Source: Thermodesulfobacteriota bacterium
GTDB taxonomy: Bacteria > Desulfobacterota_D > UBA1144 > Nemesobacterales > Nemesobacteraceae
Length of the DNA: 64,000 nt
Direction: 5' to 3'
Assembly (NCBI GenBank): GCA_965229995.1
Contig: OZ245933.1
Location: 1,451,703-1,515,702 of the forward strand
Shown here one piece after another: positions 41,451 to 50,735 of this stretch. The number at the start of each line of letters is the position of its first letter. The first letter of the stretch is position 1. The translations under genes were made by a program, and so were the position numbers. The notes below the pieces were generated by a model that saw only the letters and a program-made list of their open reading frames with translations, was not told where the DNA came from and made no database searches.

Positions 41451-44400
41451 TTAGCCAGTTTGCAGGGAACCTCCCGCACTTGGTCCGAATGTTTTCGTAC
41501 GGGTTAAATATCGTAACCGCTTGGTAATATCGTCAAGAGCCAGATAAAGACAAGGTACCAGATAAAGTATAACAAAGGTCGAGAAAACAAGTCCGAATCC
41601 AATGGAAGTGGCCATAGGAGCGAGAATGCCTGCCTGGCCCTTATAGGCTAACATCAGGGAGAAAAGTCCAGAGAAAGTCGTAAGCGTGGTAAGAACGATG
41701 GGCCGAAAGCGATACCTTGCGGAAAACATGATGGCTATCGCCTTGCTCGGCATTTTTTTCGCCCTTCGGTTGATAAAATTCATCAGCAGCAGGCTGTCAT
41801 TCACAACTATGCCCAGAAGCGCAACTATTCCTATTATGGCGGGAAGCGTCATGGGCTCTCCACGCAGCAGAATCCCCACGAGTACCCCCGTAATGCAAAG
41901 AGGCAGAACGCTCATTATGATAAGCGGCTGAAAGCCGGAGCGCAGTATGCTCGCGAGAATGAGATAAATGAGAAGCAGGGCAACAAGCGACGCCTTTTTT
42001 ATGTCGCTTATCGCTTGGGTGTACTGCTCCTCCTCCCCCGCGAATCGAAACGAGTAGCCCGGGTAGCTCTCTAAAAGGCTGTCGAGATACCGCGAAAGAT
42101 TCGCGGTTACCTCCCTTGAGGTAGTCGTTTGGATGTCCACTTCAGCTGTTACGGTTACCGTTCTGCGAAGGTTCTCCCTTCTTATCTCAAGCGGTGTCTT
42201 AGAGTCCTTTATCTCCGCCACAGTGCCGATAGGAACCCTCCGCCCGAGAGGAGTCGGAATCTGGTGCGATTTTACCGAGAAGACACTGGACTCCCCCGTA
42301 TGGTATCGCAGGGTTATCTCAGCCTCTTCTTCCCCCACTCTTGTCTTGGCAACCGTGAGACCGTCTCCGAGAGCCTTGATTTCCCGCGCCACGTTCCACT
42401 TGTCAAGACCAAACACCCCGGCTTTTCTCCCGTCCACTTCGACTGTGGCCTCAGGCTTTCCGTAAACAAGATTGCTTGCCGCGGCACTCACCCCCGGCTG
42501 ACGACTCAGAAACTCCCGGGTCTGAGAAGCTATGTCCATCAACACCGGGATATCATCTCCGCTTATTTTGACGTCCACCGGTTTTCCAGTGGGAAGACCC
42601 GTTGTCGTGATGAAATCAACTTGTTTAGGTCCCGTAACCGTTTCCTCTACATTTTTTTCTGCGATTTTGGAGAGTTCAATCGCATTTTCTTTCCTAGCGG
42701 AATAATCCTCGTATTCAATCAGGATCGTTGCCACGTGGTCTCCCATAAAAAACAGGTCGTCAGGATCAGACATATCCATGCCTACCATGGATAAAGTGTT
42801 CTTCAGAACATGAGAGGGAACGCTACTGCGTACGGCCTCTTCCACCTGGGCTACGGAAGCAACCGTATACTCCAAGCTGGATGAGGGAGGATTCTCAACC
42901 CTTACCAGTATCTCCTCGGTATCATGAAGATAGAACATAACGTTGGGAATCCGGATAAATATAAAAACCGAAAAAAGAAAAATGACCGAGAAACAGCCTA
43001 TTACCACGTAACGGTTTCTAAGCGCAAATAGAAGTCCTCGCAGATAGAGGCCTCTTACGCGTAGAAGCGCAGCGTTTCCACGAGGGGGTCTCGCTGCGCC
43101 ATTTGCCGGAAGCCAGTCGGCGCAGTGAGATGGCATAATCACCAAGGCTTCGAAAAGGGAAAAGCAAAGCGCAAAGATCGCGACCTTGGGAATGATGGAA
43201 AGGAACTGTCCTATGAGCCCGGTCGCGAGAAGAAGGGGGGTAAACGCGGCGATATTGGTCAGCACCGTCGCAACCACAGGCCAAGCGACCTCTTTTGTCC
43301 CTATTACCGCCGCCCTCAGCGGTTCCACTCCCCTTGATATATACCTCTGCACATTCTCAACGACGATTATTGCGTCATCCACGACCATGCCCAGCATCAT
43401 TATAAGACCGAACATGGAAAGGGTGCTTAGCGTTGTTCCGGTCATCTTCATTAATATCGCGGCTCCCAGAAAAGAAACGGGAATTCCCAGGGCGGCGATA
43501 AAGGCCGCCTTGCGGTCAAGAAAAAGACCGAGAAGGATCACTACCAGAACAAGCCCCAGTCCACCGCTTTTAAGCATGGTACCAAGACGACTTTTCACCC
43601 AGTCCGACCTGTCAAATGCCAGGGTTATCTCCACATCTTTTGGCAGTTCGCTTTCGTATTTTTCGGTAAGCTGCTTTACGCGGTCGACTGTATCCAAGAT
43701 ATCGACGTTTTTCTGCTTTTCCACCCAGAAGGTAATCGCGGGGCGACCGTTTATCCTTGACCTCAAATCCTCTTGCTGCTCGCCGATAGTGACCGTCGCC
43801 ACGTCGCGGAGCAGAACATGTTTGCCCTCCACGTTTTTAGCGACCGGAATATTGAGAAGGTCTTCCACAGATCTTATCTTTCCCTCGGTTCTCAACAGAA
43901 AATCAGCATTGCTCCGCGTAAAGTTCGCTCCGGGAACATCCACATTCTTTCTGTTGATGGCATCTGAAATCTCTTCAATGCCCAGTCCGAACTGCACCAT
44001 CTTCGGATAATCGAGATACACCCACAGGGCCGGGTCGGGCAGCCCTACGGAAGTTACGTTGTCGATACCGTCTAAAAGCGCAAGTTCATCCCGCAATTTT
44101 TTGGCGCTAGGATAGAGAACGGCTATTGGCATATCCCCTGAAATAGAAACGCTCACAAGCGGAAAACTCGCCTCTTTCTCTTCGGTCACAGGCTCCTCGG
44201 CGCCCTCGGGAAGATCATCCGCTATCAGATTGATTTTGGAATCGATCTCCCAAGAGATTCTTCGGGTATCTTCACCTGGATAAACCTCAGCCGTAACCCG
44301 TGAGAAGCCTTCGGAAGAAATGGATTTTACGATCTTGACGCCGGAGACGTTTTTTATCTGCTGCTCGATAGGGATAGTTACAAGATTCTCGACGTCTTCG

Positions 44401-44567
44401 GCTGAAGAACCCGGAGAAGACGTGGTTACTGTCACCATCTCGAGTTTGACAGATGGAAACAACTCAAGAGGAAGAGAGAATGAAAACAGAAGCCCTATAA
44501 ATATTATGGCTCCCATCAACAGGTTCACGAAAAAGGAATTTCTTACTGAAAAATCGGCGATATGCAT
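41451..44567 (-). CDS. RND efflux transporter permease (AcrB/AcrD/AcrF family)
   Basis: 1038 aa. LELFP, GMVVDDAIIVVENV, GIVVNDSL, RFRPIVLTTLTT. Confidence 0.95.
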   Translation of the reverse strand: MHIADFSVRNSFFVNLLMGAIIFIGLLFSFSLPLELFPSVKLEMVTVTTSSPGSSAEDVENLVTIPIEQQIKNVSGVKIVKSISSEGFSRVTAEVYPGEDTRRISWEIDSKINLIADDLPEGAEEPVTEEKEASFPLVSVSISGDMPIAVLYPSAKKLRDELALLDGIDNVTSVGLPDPALWVYLDYPKMVQFGLGIEEISDAINRKNVDVPGANFTRSNADFLLRTEGKIRSVEDLLNIPVAKNVEGKHVLLRDVATVTIGEQQEDLRSRINGRPAITFWVEKQKNVDILDTVDRVKQLTEKYESELPKDVEITLAFDRSDWVKSRLGTMLKSGGLGLVLVVILLGLFLDRKAAFIAALGIPVSFLGAAILMKMTGTTLSTLSMFGLIMMLGMVVDDAIIVVENVQRYISRGVEPLRAAVIGTKEVAWPVVATVLTNIAAFTPLLLATGLIGQFLSIIPKVAIFALCFSLFEALVIMPSHCADWLPANGAARPPRGNAALLRVRGLYLRGLLFALRNRYVVIGCFSVIFLFSVFIFIRIPNVMFYLHDTEEILVRVENPPSSSLEYTVASVAQVEEAVRSSVPSHVLKNTLSMVGMDMSDPDDLFFMGDHVATILIEYEDYSARKENAIELSKIAEKNVEETVTGPKQVDFITTTGLPTGKPVDVKISGDDIPVLMDIASQTREFLSRQPGVSAAASNLVYGKPEATVEVDGRKAGVFGLDKWNVAREIKALGDGLTVAKTRVGEEEAEITLRYHTGESSVFSVKSHQIPTPLGRRVPIGTVAEIKDSKTPLEIRRENLRRTVTVTAEVDIQTTTSREVTANLSRYLDSLLESYPGYSFRFAGEEEQYTQAISDIKKASLVALLLIYLILASILRSGFQPLIIMSVLPLCITGVLVGILLRGEPMTLPAIIGIVALLGIVVNDSLLLMNFINRRAKKMPSKAIAIMFSARYRFRPIVLTTLTTFSGLFSLMLAYKGQAGILAPMATSIGFGLVFSTFVILYLVPCLYLALDDITKRLRYLTRTKTFGPSAGGSLQTG

Positions 44568-44592
44568 AGAAAATCAGTCGATAATACTTACT
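44547..44592 (-). repeat. Duplicated adaptor-stop/permease-start junction, including the last codons (VSIID*) of a lost adaptor copy
   Basis: 44 of 46 bp identical to 50709-50754. Confidence 0.9.
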
Positions 44593-44677
44593 GTGCACTC
44601 TATTATAATCCCCGGAGTCTGCGGGAAACCGATCAAGCTGTATGTCTCTTTGGTATCGGCAGATCCCCCCCCCCCTG

Positions 44678-44706
44678 AGACTAGAAACCGTATCTTGCCT
44701 TGTCAA
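44678..44706 (-). promoter_or_regulatory. Putative sigma70 promoter for the RND permease, followed by a G11 tract
   Basis: TTGACA-17 bp-TAGTCT on the minus strand. C11 run at 44665-44675 on the plus strand. Confidence 0.5.
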
Positions 44707-44712
44707 ACAGAA

Positions 44713-44774
44713 TTTCCACCCGATCTACAGTCAGTCATGACTTCAAAACGCCTTCGGTAATTGTACCGGATAAT
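44713..44774. repeat. Degenerate direct repeat, copy B (upstream of RND permease)
   Basis: About 75% identical to 41382-41444 by manual alignment. Confidence 0.75.
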
Positions 44775-44923
44775 AGAACACCGCCTAATTCTCGGAAGAA
44801 GCACCGGAACTTCCAGAAAGAAGTATCAGCAACGTAAAATTCCTTCCGTAGTCTCTCGGACAAATGCCCGCATTGCGAATATGGATTGAGTTTTCCCAAT
44901 TCCCGTAGTATCGTTTCACGGTT

Positions 44924-45964
44924 ATGAAAAAGCTTAGCGTATGTATTCTGGGAGCAAGCGGCTACACGGGAGCGGAACTCATAAGACTGCTTCAGGGACA
45001 TCCCCAAGCGAGCATTTCGCATTTAACCGCGTCAAGGCACGCCGGGCGCGCGCTGGCAGAAGTTTTTCCGCACCTCGGCGGAATAACCGATCTTGAACTC
45101 AGCAGTCCGGACCCTTCGCTCATTCCACACGATACCGACGTGGTATTCGCAGCACTGCCACACGGCGCATCCGCCGAACTTATAGAAGAAATTTACGGAA
45201 GAGACATAAGGATAATTGATCTCGGGGCAGATTTCCGCCTTAAGGAAGGCACCTACAAAAAGTGGTACGGGGATCATCCATGCGCCCACCTTCTCGAAAA
45301 CGCCGTTTACGGAATCCCCGAACTGCATGCGGAGCAAATATCGGAGGCAAAACTGGTGGCAAACCCGGGATGCTACCCCACCTCTTCAATCCTTCCGCTC
45401 GCCCCGCTTCTCGAGAACGGCATGGTGGAAACGGAAGGGGTAATTATCGATTCGAAATCGGGCGCCTCGGGTGCCGGAAGGAATCCTTCACTTGATCTTC
45501 ATTTCTGCGAGATCTCTGAAGGGATGAAAGCCTACAAAGTCGGCGAGCACCGTCATACCCCTGAAATAGAGCAGGGTCTTTCGGATTTTCTCGGCAGTAA
45601 AGTAGAAGTAGTTTTCACACCACACCTGATACCGATAAGCAGGGGGATCCTCTCGACAATATACGTAAACCTCTCAGGCAGTCATACAACCCGCGAACTT
45701 CTGGACGCTCTCGGGCAGTTCTACGGGAACTCGCCTTTCTTGAGAATTCTTCCGGAGGGAACATTTCCGAACACTTCCTGCGTCAGGGGCTCGAATTTCT
45801 GCGACATAGGTGTAAAGGCAAATTCCGACAAAAAAACCGCAGTCCTAGTGTGCGCTATAGACAACCTTGTAAAGGGAGCCTCAGGCCAAGCGATACAGAA
45901 CATGAACATTATGCTCGACCTTCCCGAGAGTCTCGGACTTGACTCCCTCCCGCTTTATCCCTAG
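44924..45964 (+). CDS. argC: N-acetyl-gamma-glutamyl-phosphate reductase
   Basis: GASGYTGAEL, ANPGCYPT, HRHTPEI, IDNLVKGASGQAIQNMN. Confidence 0.97.
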   Translation: MKKLSVCILGASGYTGAELIRLLQGHPQASISHLTASRHAGRALAEVFPHLGGITDLELSSPDPSLIPHDTDVVFAALPHGASAELIEEIYGRDIRIIDLGADFRLKEGTYKKWYGDHPCAHLLENAVYGIPELHAEQISEAKLVANPGCYPTSSILPLAPLLENGMVETEGVIIDSKSGASGAGRNPSLDLHFCEISEGMKAYKVGEHRHTPEIEQGLSDFLGSKVEVVFTPHLIPISRGILSTIYVNLSGSHTTRELLDALGQFYGNSPFLRILPEGTFPNTSCVRGSNFCDIGVKANSDKKTAVLVCAIDNLVKGASGQAIQNMNIMLDLPESLGLDSLPLYP

Positions 45965-46139
45965 TTTCGGCGGCGCTTATTATGTTGCTCGCCGGCAAGC
46001 GCAGAATCGGGCCATGTGTACTCTCCCCATCCCGTAATCACGGGGCCGTCACCCTCACAGCTTACAATCGCGCCCGCGGCACCGTCTCCGAACAGCAGGG
46101 TAATGTCAACATTTTAAATAAGTTAGGTGTTATGGGTCC

Positions 46140-47306
46140 TTACAAACTCTGGATTTCTCTTATTCTTCTCACTACCGCCGGGAGAAGATCGATCACCCTG
46201 TCGACTTCCTCCTCCCGGGTGAAACGGCCGAAGCTAAACCTGACCGAGCTGAGCGCCTCCTTTTCCTCGCGTCCCATAGCGATCAATACATGGGAAGCGT
46301 CCACGTTTCCCTCGGAACAAGCTGAACCAGTTGAAACCGCCACGTCTTCGGTATCAAGATTCATTACCACCGAGTCGCCCGGAGTCCCGGAAAAACCCAC
46401 GTTAAGAGTATTGCAGACCCTCGCATCGGGATGTCCGTTCAGATAAACGTCCTTTATTCTCCGGGAAAGCTCTTCGAAAAGACGGTCTCGCAGGTTTGTC
46501 AGTCTTTTGTTCTCAAACTCCACTTGCCCGCGGAGGAGTTCGCACGCAAAACCGAATCCGCAGACGGCCGCCACGTTTTCGGTTCCCGACCTCTTTCCCC
46601 TCTCCTGTCCCCCGCCGTGAACAAAAGATTCCAGCCCGACTCCCTTTCTTACGTAAAGAGCCCCGGCTCCTTTCGGACCGCAGATCTTGTGGGCGGAAAA
46701 AGACGCCATATCCACCGGCAGGTCCGCAAAGTCTATTTCCACTTTTCCTAGAGCCTGTACCGCGTCCGTGTGAAAAATCACACCCCTCTCGCGGGCAATC
46801 TCTCCTATCTTGCGAATCGGGCTTATAACCCCGGTCTCGTTGTTAACGTACATGCAGGATACAAGAATCGTTCGCTCGGTAATCGCTTCTTGGAACTGCT
46901 CAGGGTAAACCAGCCCGAAGGAATCCACCGGAAGGTAAGTGACTTCGAAACCGCTACGCTCAAGGAACTTGAACGTTTCAAGACACGAGGCGTGCTCGAC
47001 CGCGGTCGTAACCAGATGGTTTCCCCTGTCCAAAAGAGCGCAGGCGAGACCCTTCACGGCAAAATTGTTGCTTTCACTCCCTCCGGAGGTAAAAACTATT
47101 TCTCTTGGCCTAGCCCCCAGGCAACTCGATACTCTCTCCCGAGCGCAATCAAGCGCCGCGCGCGCGGCGCTTCCGGGAGAGTGAATGCTGGAAGGGTTCC
47201 CGTAATTTTCTGCAAGATAGGGAATCATCTCTTCCAGAACGCGCGGGTCAAGAGGCGTGGTCGCGTTATAGTCGAGATATATGTAATGTCTGGGATCGGG
47301 CGACAT
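46140..47306 (-). CDS. Cysteine desulfurase (IscS/NifS group I)
   Basis: YLDYNATT, GNPSS, FHTDAVQ, SAHK, STGSAC. Likely start ATG 47306. Confidence 0.93.
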   Translation of the reverse strand: MSPDPRHYIYLDYNATTPLDPRVLEEMIPYLAENYGNPSSIHSPGSAARAALDCARERVSSCLGARPREIVFTSGGSESNNFAVKGLACALLDRGNHLVTTAVEHASCLETFKFLERSGFEVTYLPVDSFGLVYPEQFQEAITERTILVSCMYVNNETGVISPIRKIGEIARERGVIFHTDAVQALGKVEIDFADLPVDMASFSAHKICGPKGAGALYVRKGVGLESFVHGGGQERGKRSGTENVAAVCGFGFACELLRGQVEFENKRLTNLRDRLFEELSRRIKDVYLNGHPDARVCNTLNVGFSGTPGDSVVMNLDTEDVAVSTGSACSEGNVDASHVLIAMGREEKEALSSVRFSFGRFTREEEVDRVIDLLPAVVRRIREIQSL

Positions 47307-47460
47307 TTTTTCACCGTCGGTCAAACAGCATATCTGATACCGAATAATAACCAATCAACCGCGCAAATCACGGCAACGCACAGTACCGAAAACGAACTGG
47401 AGTCAAGTTATTTCAGCGGGTTAACTTCCCGGGGGAATCAAATGCAGCTCCAAGCAGGCT

Positions 47461-48144
47461 TCAGAGCAAGTCGGGCTTGTCGGTAATCACTCCGTCAAGG
47501 CCGATTTCGGCCAGTTTCTCGCCTCGTTTCGGGTCGTTAACTGTCCAGCAGCACACAAAAAGACCGTTTCTTCGCGCTTTTGAGGCAAGCCGACGCGTCA
47601 TGAAACGGTAATTCGTAGCAACTACCCGGCAACCGAGCGAAAGAGCCTTATTAACGCATCCGAAGCCGAAAACCGTAATAAGTCCCGTTGCAATTGAGCG
47701 ATCAAGCTCCCTTACCGCACGGATACAGTCCTCGCGGAAAGAAACCACCGCGACATCTTTTGTAAGACCATGTTTCTTTATAAGCGAAACCGTTTTCTCT
47801 TCCGTGCCTTTTTCCTTGAGCTCGACTACAAGTCCGCAACGCCCCCCGAAATTCTCCAATACCTCCTCAAAAGTCGGTATCCGTTCCCCACAGCCGGCAT
47901 CAAGAGATTGAAGTTCGCCAAGAGTTTTTCCCGAAACAGTTCCCTTACCATCCGTGGTCCTGTCAACCGTCCCGTCGTGAATGACTACCAGATGGCCCTC
48001 AAGACTTTTTCTCACGTCGAATTCTATCGCACTGGATCCCATGTCCAGAGCTCTGCGGAAAGATCGAAGCGTGTTCTCCGGTTCGTAATGACTAGCACCC
48101 CGATGAGAAATGAGAAGAAAATCTTTTTCGAAAAAACCTTTCAT
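47461..48144 (-). CDS. Glycerophosphodiester phosphodiesterase
   Basis: SHRGAS, PENTL, EFDV, IHD, WTVND, GVITD.P. Confidence 0.93.
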   Translation of the reverse strand: MKGFFEKDFLLISHRGASHYEPENTLRSFRRALDMGSSAIEFDVRKSLEGHLVVIHDGTVDRTTDGKGTVSGKTLGELQSLDAGCGERIPTFEEVLENFGGRCGLVVELKEKGTEEKTVSLIKKHGLTKDVAVVSFREDCIRAVRELDRSIATGLITVFGFGCVNKALSLGCRVVATNYRFMTRRLASKARRNGLFVCCWTVNDPKRGEKLAEIGLDGVITDKPDLL

Positions 48145-48158
48145 GAAATCCGTAGAAA

Positions 48159-48935
48159 CTATCTAAACAGATCATGAGCCGGATCTCTGATCAGTTCACC
48201 CGAGCCTCCCTCTCCCCGAATGTAGTTGACCCCGCGCACTACCACCACAGGGGTCGCTGCGGTTTTCTCCATTAGCATTCCAGCAGCACACGCCACTTGA
48301 TCAGCAGTCGCCATCTCAGTCGCGGTAAGCACAAGCCCCTTGGCGTCGGTCTCCCCCCTGCGATCAGAAAGCGCCCTCATGCCACTACAGCCAATCGCAA
48401 TGTCTGTAAGACCTTCCCGCCAGGGACGTCCGACAGTATCGGTTATTATAACGGCAACATCTCTGCCAGTTTCTCCTTTTATATGTTCTCTTATAACCCC
48501 GGCGGAGCGGTCGGAATCAAGCGGCAGAAGTGTGACATCTTCTCCTCCAGAAACGTTTGAGGCGTCCACGCCAGCATTTGCCAGTATAAGCCCCCCAGCG
48601 GTCTCAACTATAAGTCTCCCCTTGCCGCTTTCCCTCTGGTCCATTCTTACGATCCTTCTAGTCTCCCCGAGAATCACCTCTACGAGCCTAGGGTCCTTTG
48701 AAACCTCCTGCGAAACCGTAACTGCAAAACCAGAAGGCTTGACCTGGGAAAGATTAACGACCCTGCCTTCAGCTTTCGAGACCACCTTCTGCGCAACCAC
48801 CAAGACATCTCCGTCGAGAAACGAAAACCCCTCCCGGGCGGCGGCGCGAAGGATCATCTCCCCGAGATTGTCTCCCTTTTTCACTTCCGGAATTCCCCCG
48901 AGGGAAACAAGTCTTATTTCTCCAGTTTTGCTCAT
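48159..48935 (-). CDS. cofE: Coenzyme F420-0:L-glutamate ligase
   Basis: QKVVSKAEG, ANAGVDASN, DTVGRPWREG, DLFR. Confidence 0.94.
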   Translation of the reverse strand: MSKTGEIRLVSLGGIPEVKKGDNLGEMILRAAAREGFSFLDGDVLVVAQKVVSKAEGRVVNLSQVKPSGFAVTVSQEVSKDPRLVEVILGETRRIVRMDQRESGKGRLIVETAGGLILANAGVDASNVSGGEDVTLLPLDSDRSAGVIREHIKGETGRDVAVIITDTVGRPWREGLTDIAIGCSGMRALSDRRGETDAKGLVLTATEMATADQVACAAGMLMEKTAATPVVVVRGVNYIRGEGGSGELIRDPAHDLFR

Positions 48936-49022
48936 CTAAAATCTCTCCCGCTTCCACGACCGCATTTTGTATATCCCGGCTAAACTATCTAGTATATATT
49001 ACCGATATTACCGGAGAGAAAA

Positions 49023-49415
49023 ATGGAAAAGTTCTGCATGGAAAGAGAGGCGGACATCGAACTGGAAAAACAGTTCGAGGTATCTGAGGTGGCGAGAGAA
49101 TCAGGCCTCATGATCCGCATATTCGTGACCTCTCTGCTGAAAAAGGAAATAATGGAGCCTGACTCCGAGGCCACAGCCCGCGGCGAGGATGAGAACACGA
49201 GGCTAAAGGAGATACTTTCTCCGCTTGTTTCATCAATAAGGGCGACTAGAAAGGCGAAGAAAACAAACCTGATCAATTTCACCGCTTCAGTTACCAAAGA
49301 CGGAAAAGGTCAGGAATTTCAGGTCCTTTCCTGTCTAGGGCCGGTAATGAAAGACTCCGAGGAACCTTGCATAACCCTTCTTCTGCCAGAAGACCTGCCG
49401 CAAGAAACACCTTAG
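49023..49415 (+). CDS. Hypothetical protein resembling the DUF6573 family
   Basis: VS..ARESG, GEDE..RL..IL and GP.....EPCITLLLPED recall DUF6573 from memory. Needs HMM confirmation. Confidence 0.6.
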   Translation: MEKFCMEREADIELEKQFEVSEVARESGLMIRIFVTSLLKKEIMEPDSEATARGEDENTRLKEILSPLVSSIRATRKAKKTNLINFTASVTKDGKGQEFQVLSCLGPVMKDSEEPCITLLLPEDLPQETP

Positions 49416-49444
49416 CCGCAAAATCATGTATTATTAGCTTCATA

Positions 49445-50608
49445 ATGGGGTGTATAGAGGAAATTTCCGGCGAAATCTACTTTGACAACAATGCAACCAC
49501 AAGGCCCCTTCCGGAGGTGACGGAGGCCGTGTGCGAAGCCATGGGGGAGCAATTCGGCAATCCTTCAAGTGCCCACTCTGCGGGCGAGAGGGCGAGGCAC
49601 CGCATGGAGCTTGCGCGCAAACGTACCTCCGGTCTTCTGGGATGTTCCCCAGAAGACCTTATATTCACAAGCTCCGGCACGGAATCAAATAACATGGTTT
49701 TTTATTCCTGCACAAGGAAGAAGAAAAAACCCCGAATCGTCACAACGGGAATTGAGCATTCCTCGATAATGAAGATGTGCGGTTTTCTCGAACTGAACGG
49801 TGTCCATGTGGAAATACTCGAGGTGGACAAGCAAGGAATTCTTGATGTCCGCAGGCTGGAAGACGCGCTTTGCGAAAAAACCGATCTTGTTTCTGTTCAG
49901 TGGGTTAACAACGAAACTGGAGTGATACAGGACATGGAACGTATTTCCGAACTTTGCAGGGAGAAGGGGGTTCCTTTTCACACCGACGCCGCCCAAGCCG
50001 TAGGAAAACTCAGGTTGGACCTGGAGAAGCTTCACGTGGATTTCCTTTCCTTCACGGCTCATAAAATCAACGGGCCTCAGGGCACCGCAGTTCTATACGC
50101 AAAAGACAGACTGCTTGTGAATCCTTTTCTTTTCGGAGGATTCCAAGAAGAAGGGTTTCGTCCCGGAACCGAGAATCTTCCGGGTATAGCGGGCCTCGGG
50201 ACTGCATGCGAGATAAGACGCGTAAATTTTGAGAAAGCCGTCGGGAAAATGAAAGACCTTCGCGATCAGTTTGAGAAAACAATCATCAAATCCATACCGC
50301 AGACCTCAATTAACGGACTTGCCGGAAAAAGAGCATGTAACACCACGAATATTCATTTCGGGGGAATTAACGGAACAAAACTGGTTTCTCTCCTTGATGA
50401 ATCGGGAATAAGGTGTTCGCAGAGTTCCGCCTGCACAAATTTCGAGGTTGCGCCCTCCTACGTGCTAACCGCCATGGGACTCAGCGAACAGCACGCTTAT
50501 TCAAGCGTAAGATTCAGTTTCTGCCCAGAAAACAGTTTCGATGAGGTAGAAACGGCGACGGAAATCATCAGGCAGAAATGCGAATTTCTCAGGAACCACC
50601 CGCACTGA
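49445..50608 (+). CDS. Cysteine desulfurase (IscS/NifS group I), second paralog
   Basis: YFDNNATT, GNPSS, FHTDAAQ, TAHK, SQSSAC. Likely start ATG 49445. Confidence 0.92.
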   Translation: MGCIEEISGEIYFDNNATTRPLPEVTEAVCEAMGEQFGNPSSAHSAGERARHRMELARKRTSGLLGCSPEDLIFTSSGTESNNMVFYSCTRKKKKPRIVTTGIEHSSIMKMCGFLELNGVHVEILEVDKQGILDVRRLEDALCEKTDLVSVQWVNNETGVIQDMERISELCREKGVPFHTDAAQAVGKLRLDLEKLHVDFLSFTAHKINGPQGTAVLYAKDRLLVNPFLFGGFQEEGFRPGTENLPGIAGLGTACEIRRVNFEKAVGKMKDLRDQFEKTIIKSIPQTSINGLAGKRACNTTNIHFGGINGTKLVSLLDESGIRCSQSSACTNFEVAPSYVLTAMGLSEQHAYSSVRFSFCPENSFDEVETATEIIRQKCEFLRNHPH

Positions 50609-50729
50609 ACCCGAGTGCCTTTGTGGGGACAGAACGTCTCCATCGCCTCTCGCCAATATCGTCAAGAGCCAAATAAAGGCAGGAAACCAGACAAAGTACC
50701 ACAAAAGTTGAAAAATCGGCGATATGCAT
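50589..50729 (-). pseudogene. Internally deleted remnant of an RND permease paralog (46-codon in-frame fusion of N- and C-termini)
   Basis: Translates MHIADFS-TFVVLCLVSCLYLALDDIGERRWRRSVPTKALGFSAGGS*. The intact permease reads MHIADFS...FSTFVILYLVPCLYLALDDITKRLRYLTRTKTFGPSAGGS. Confidence 0.88.
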
Positions 50730-50735
50730 GGAAAA

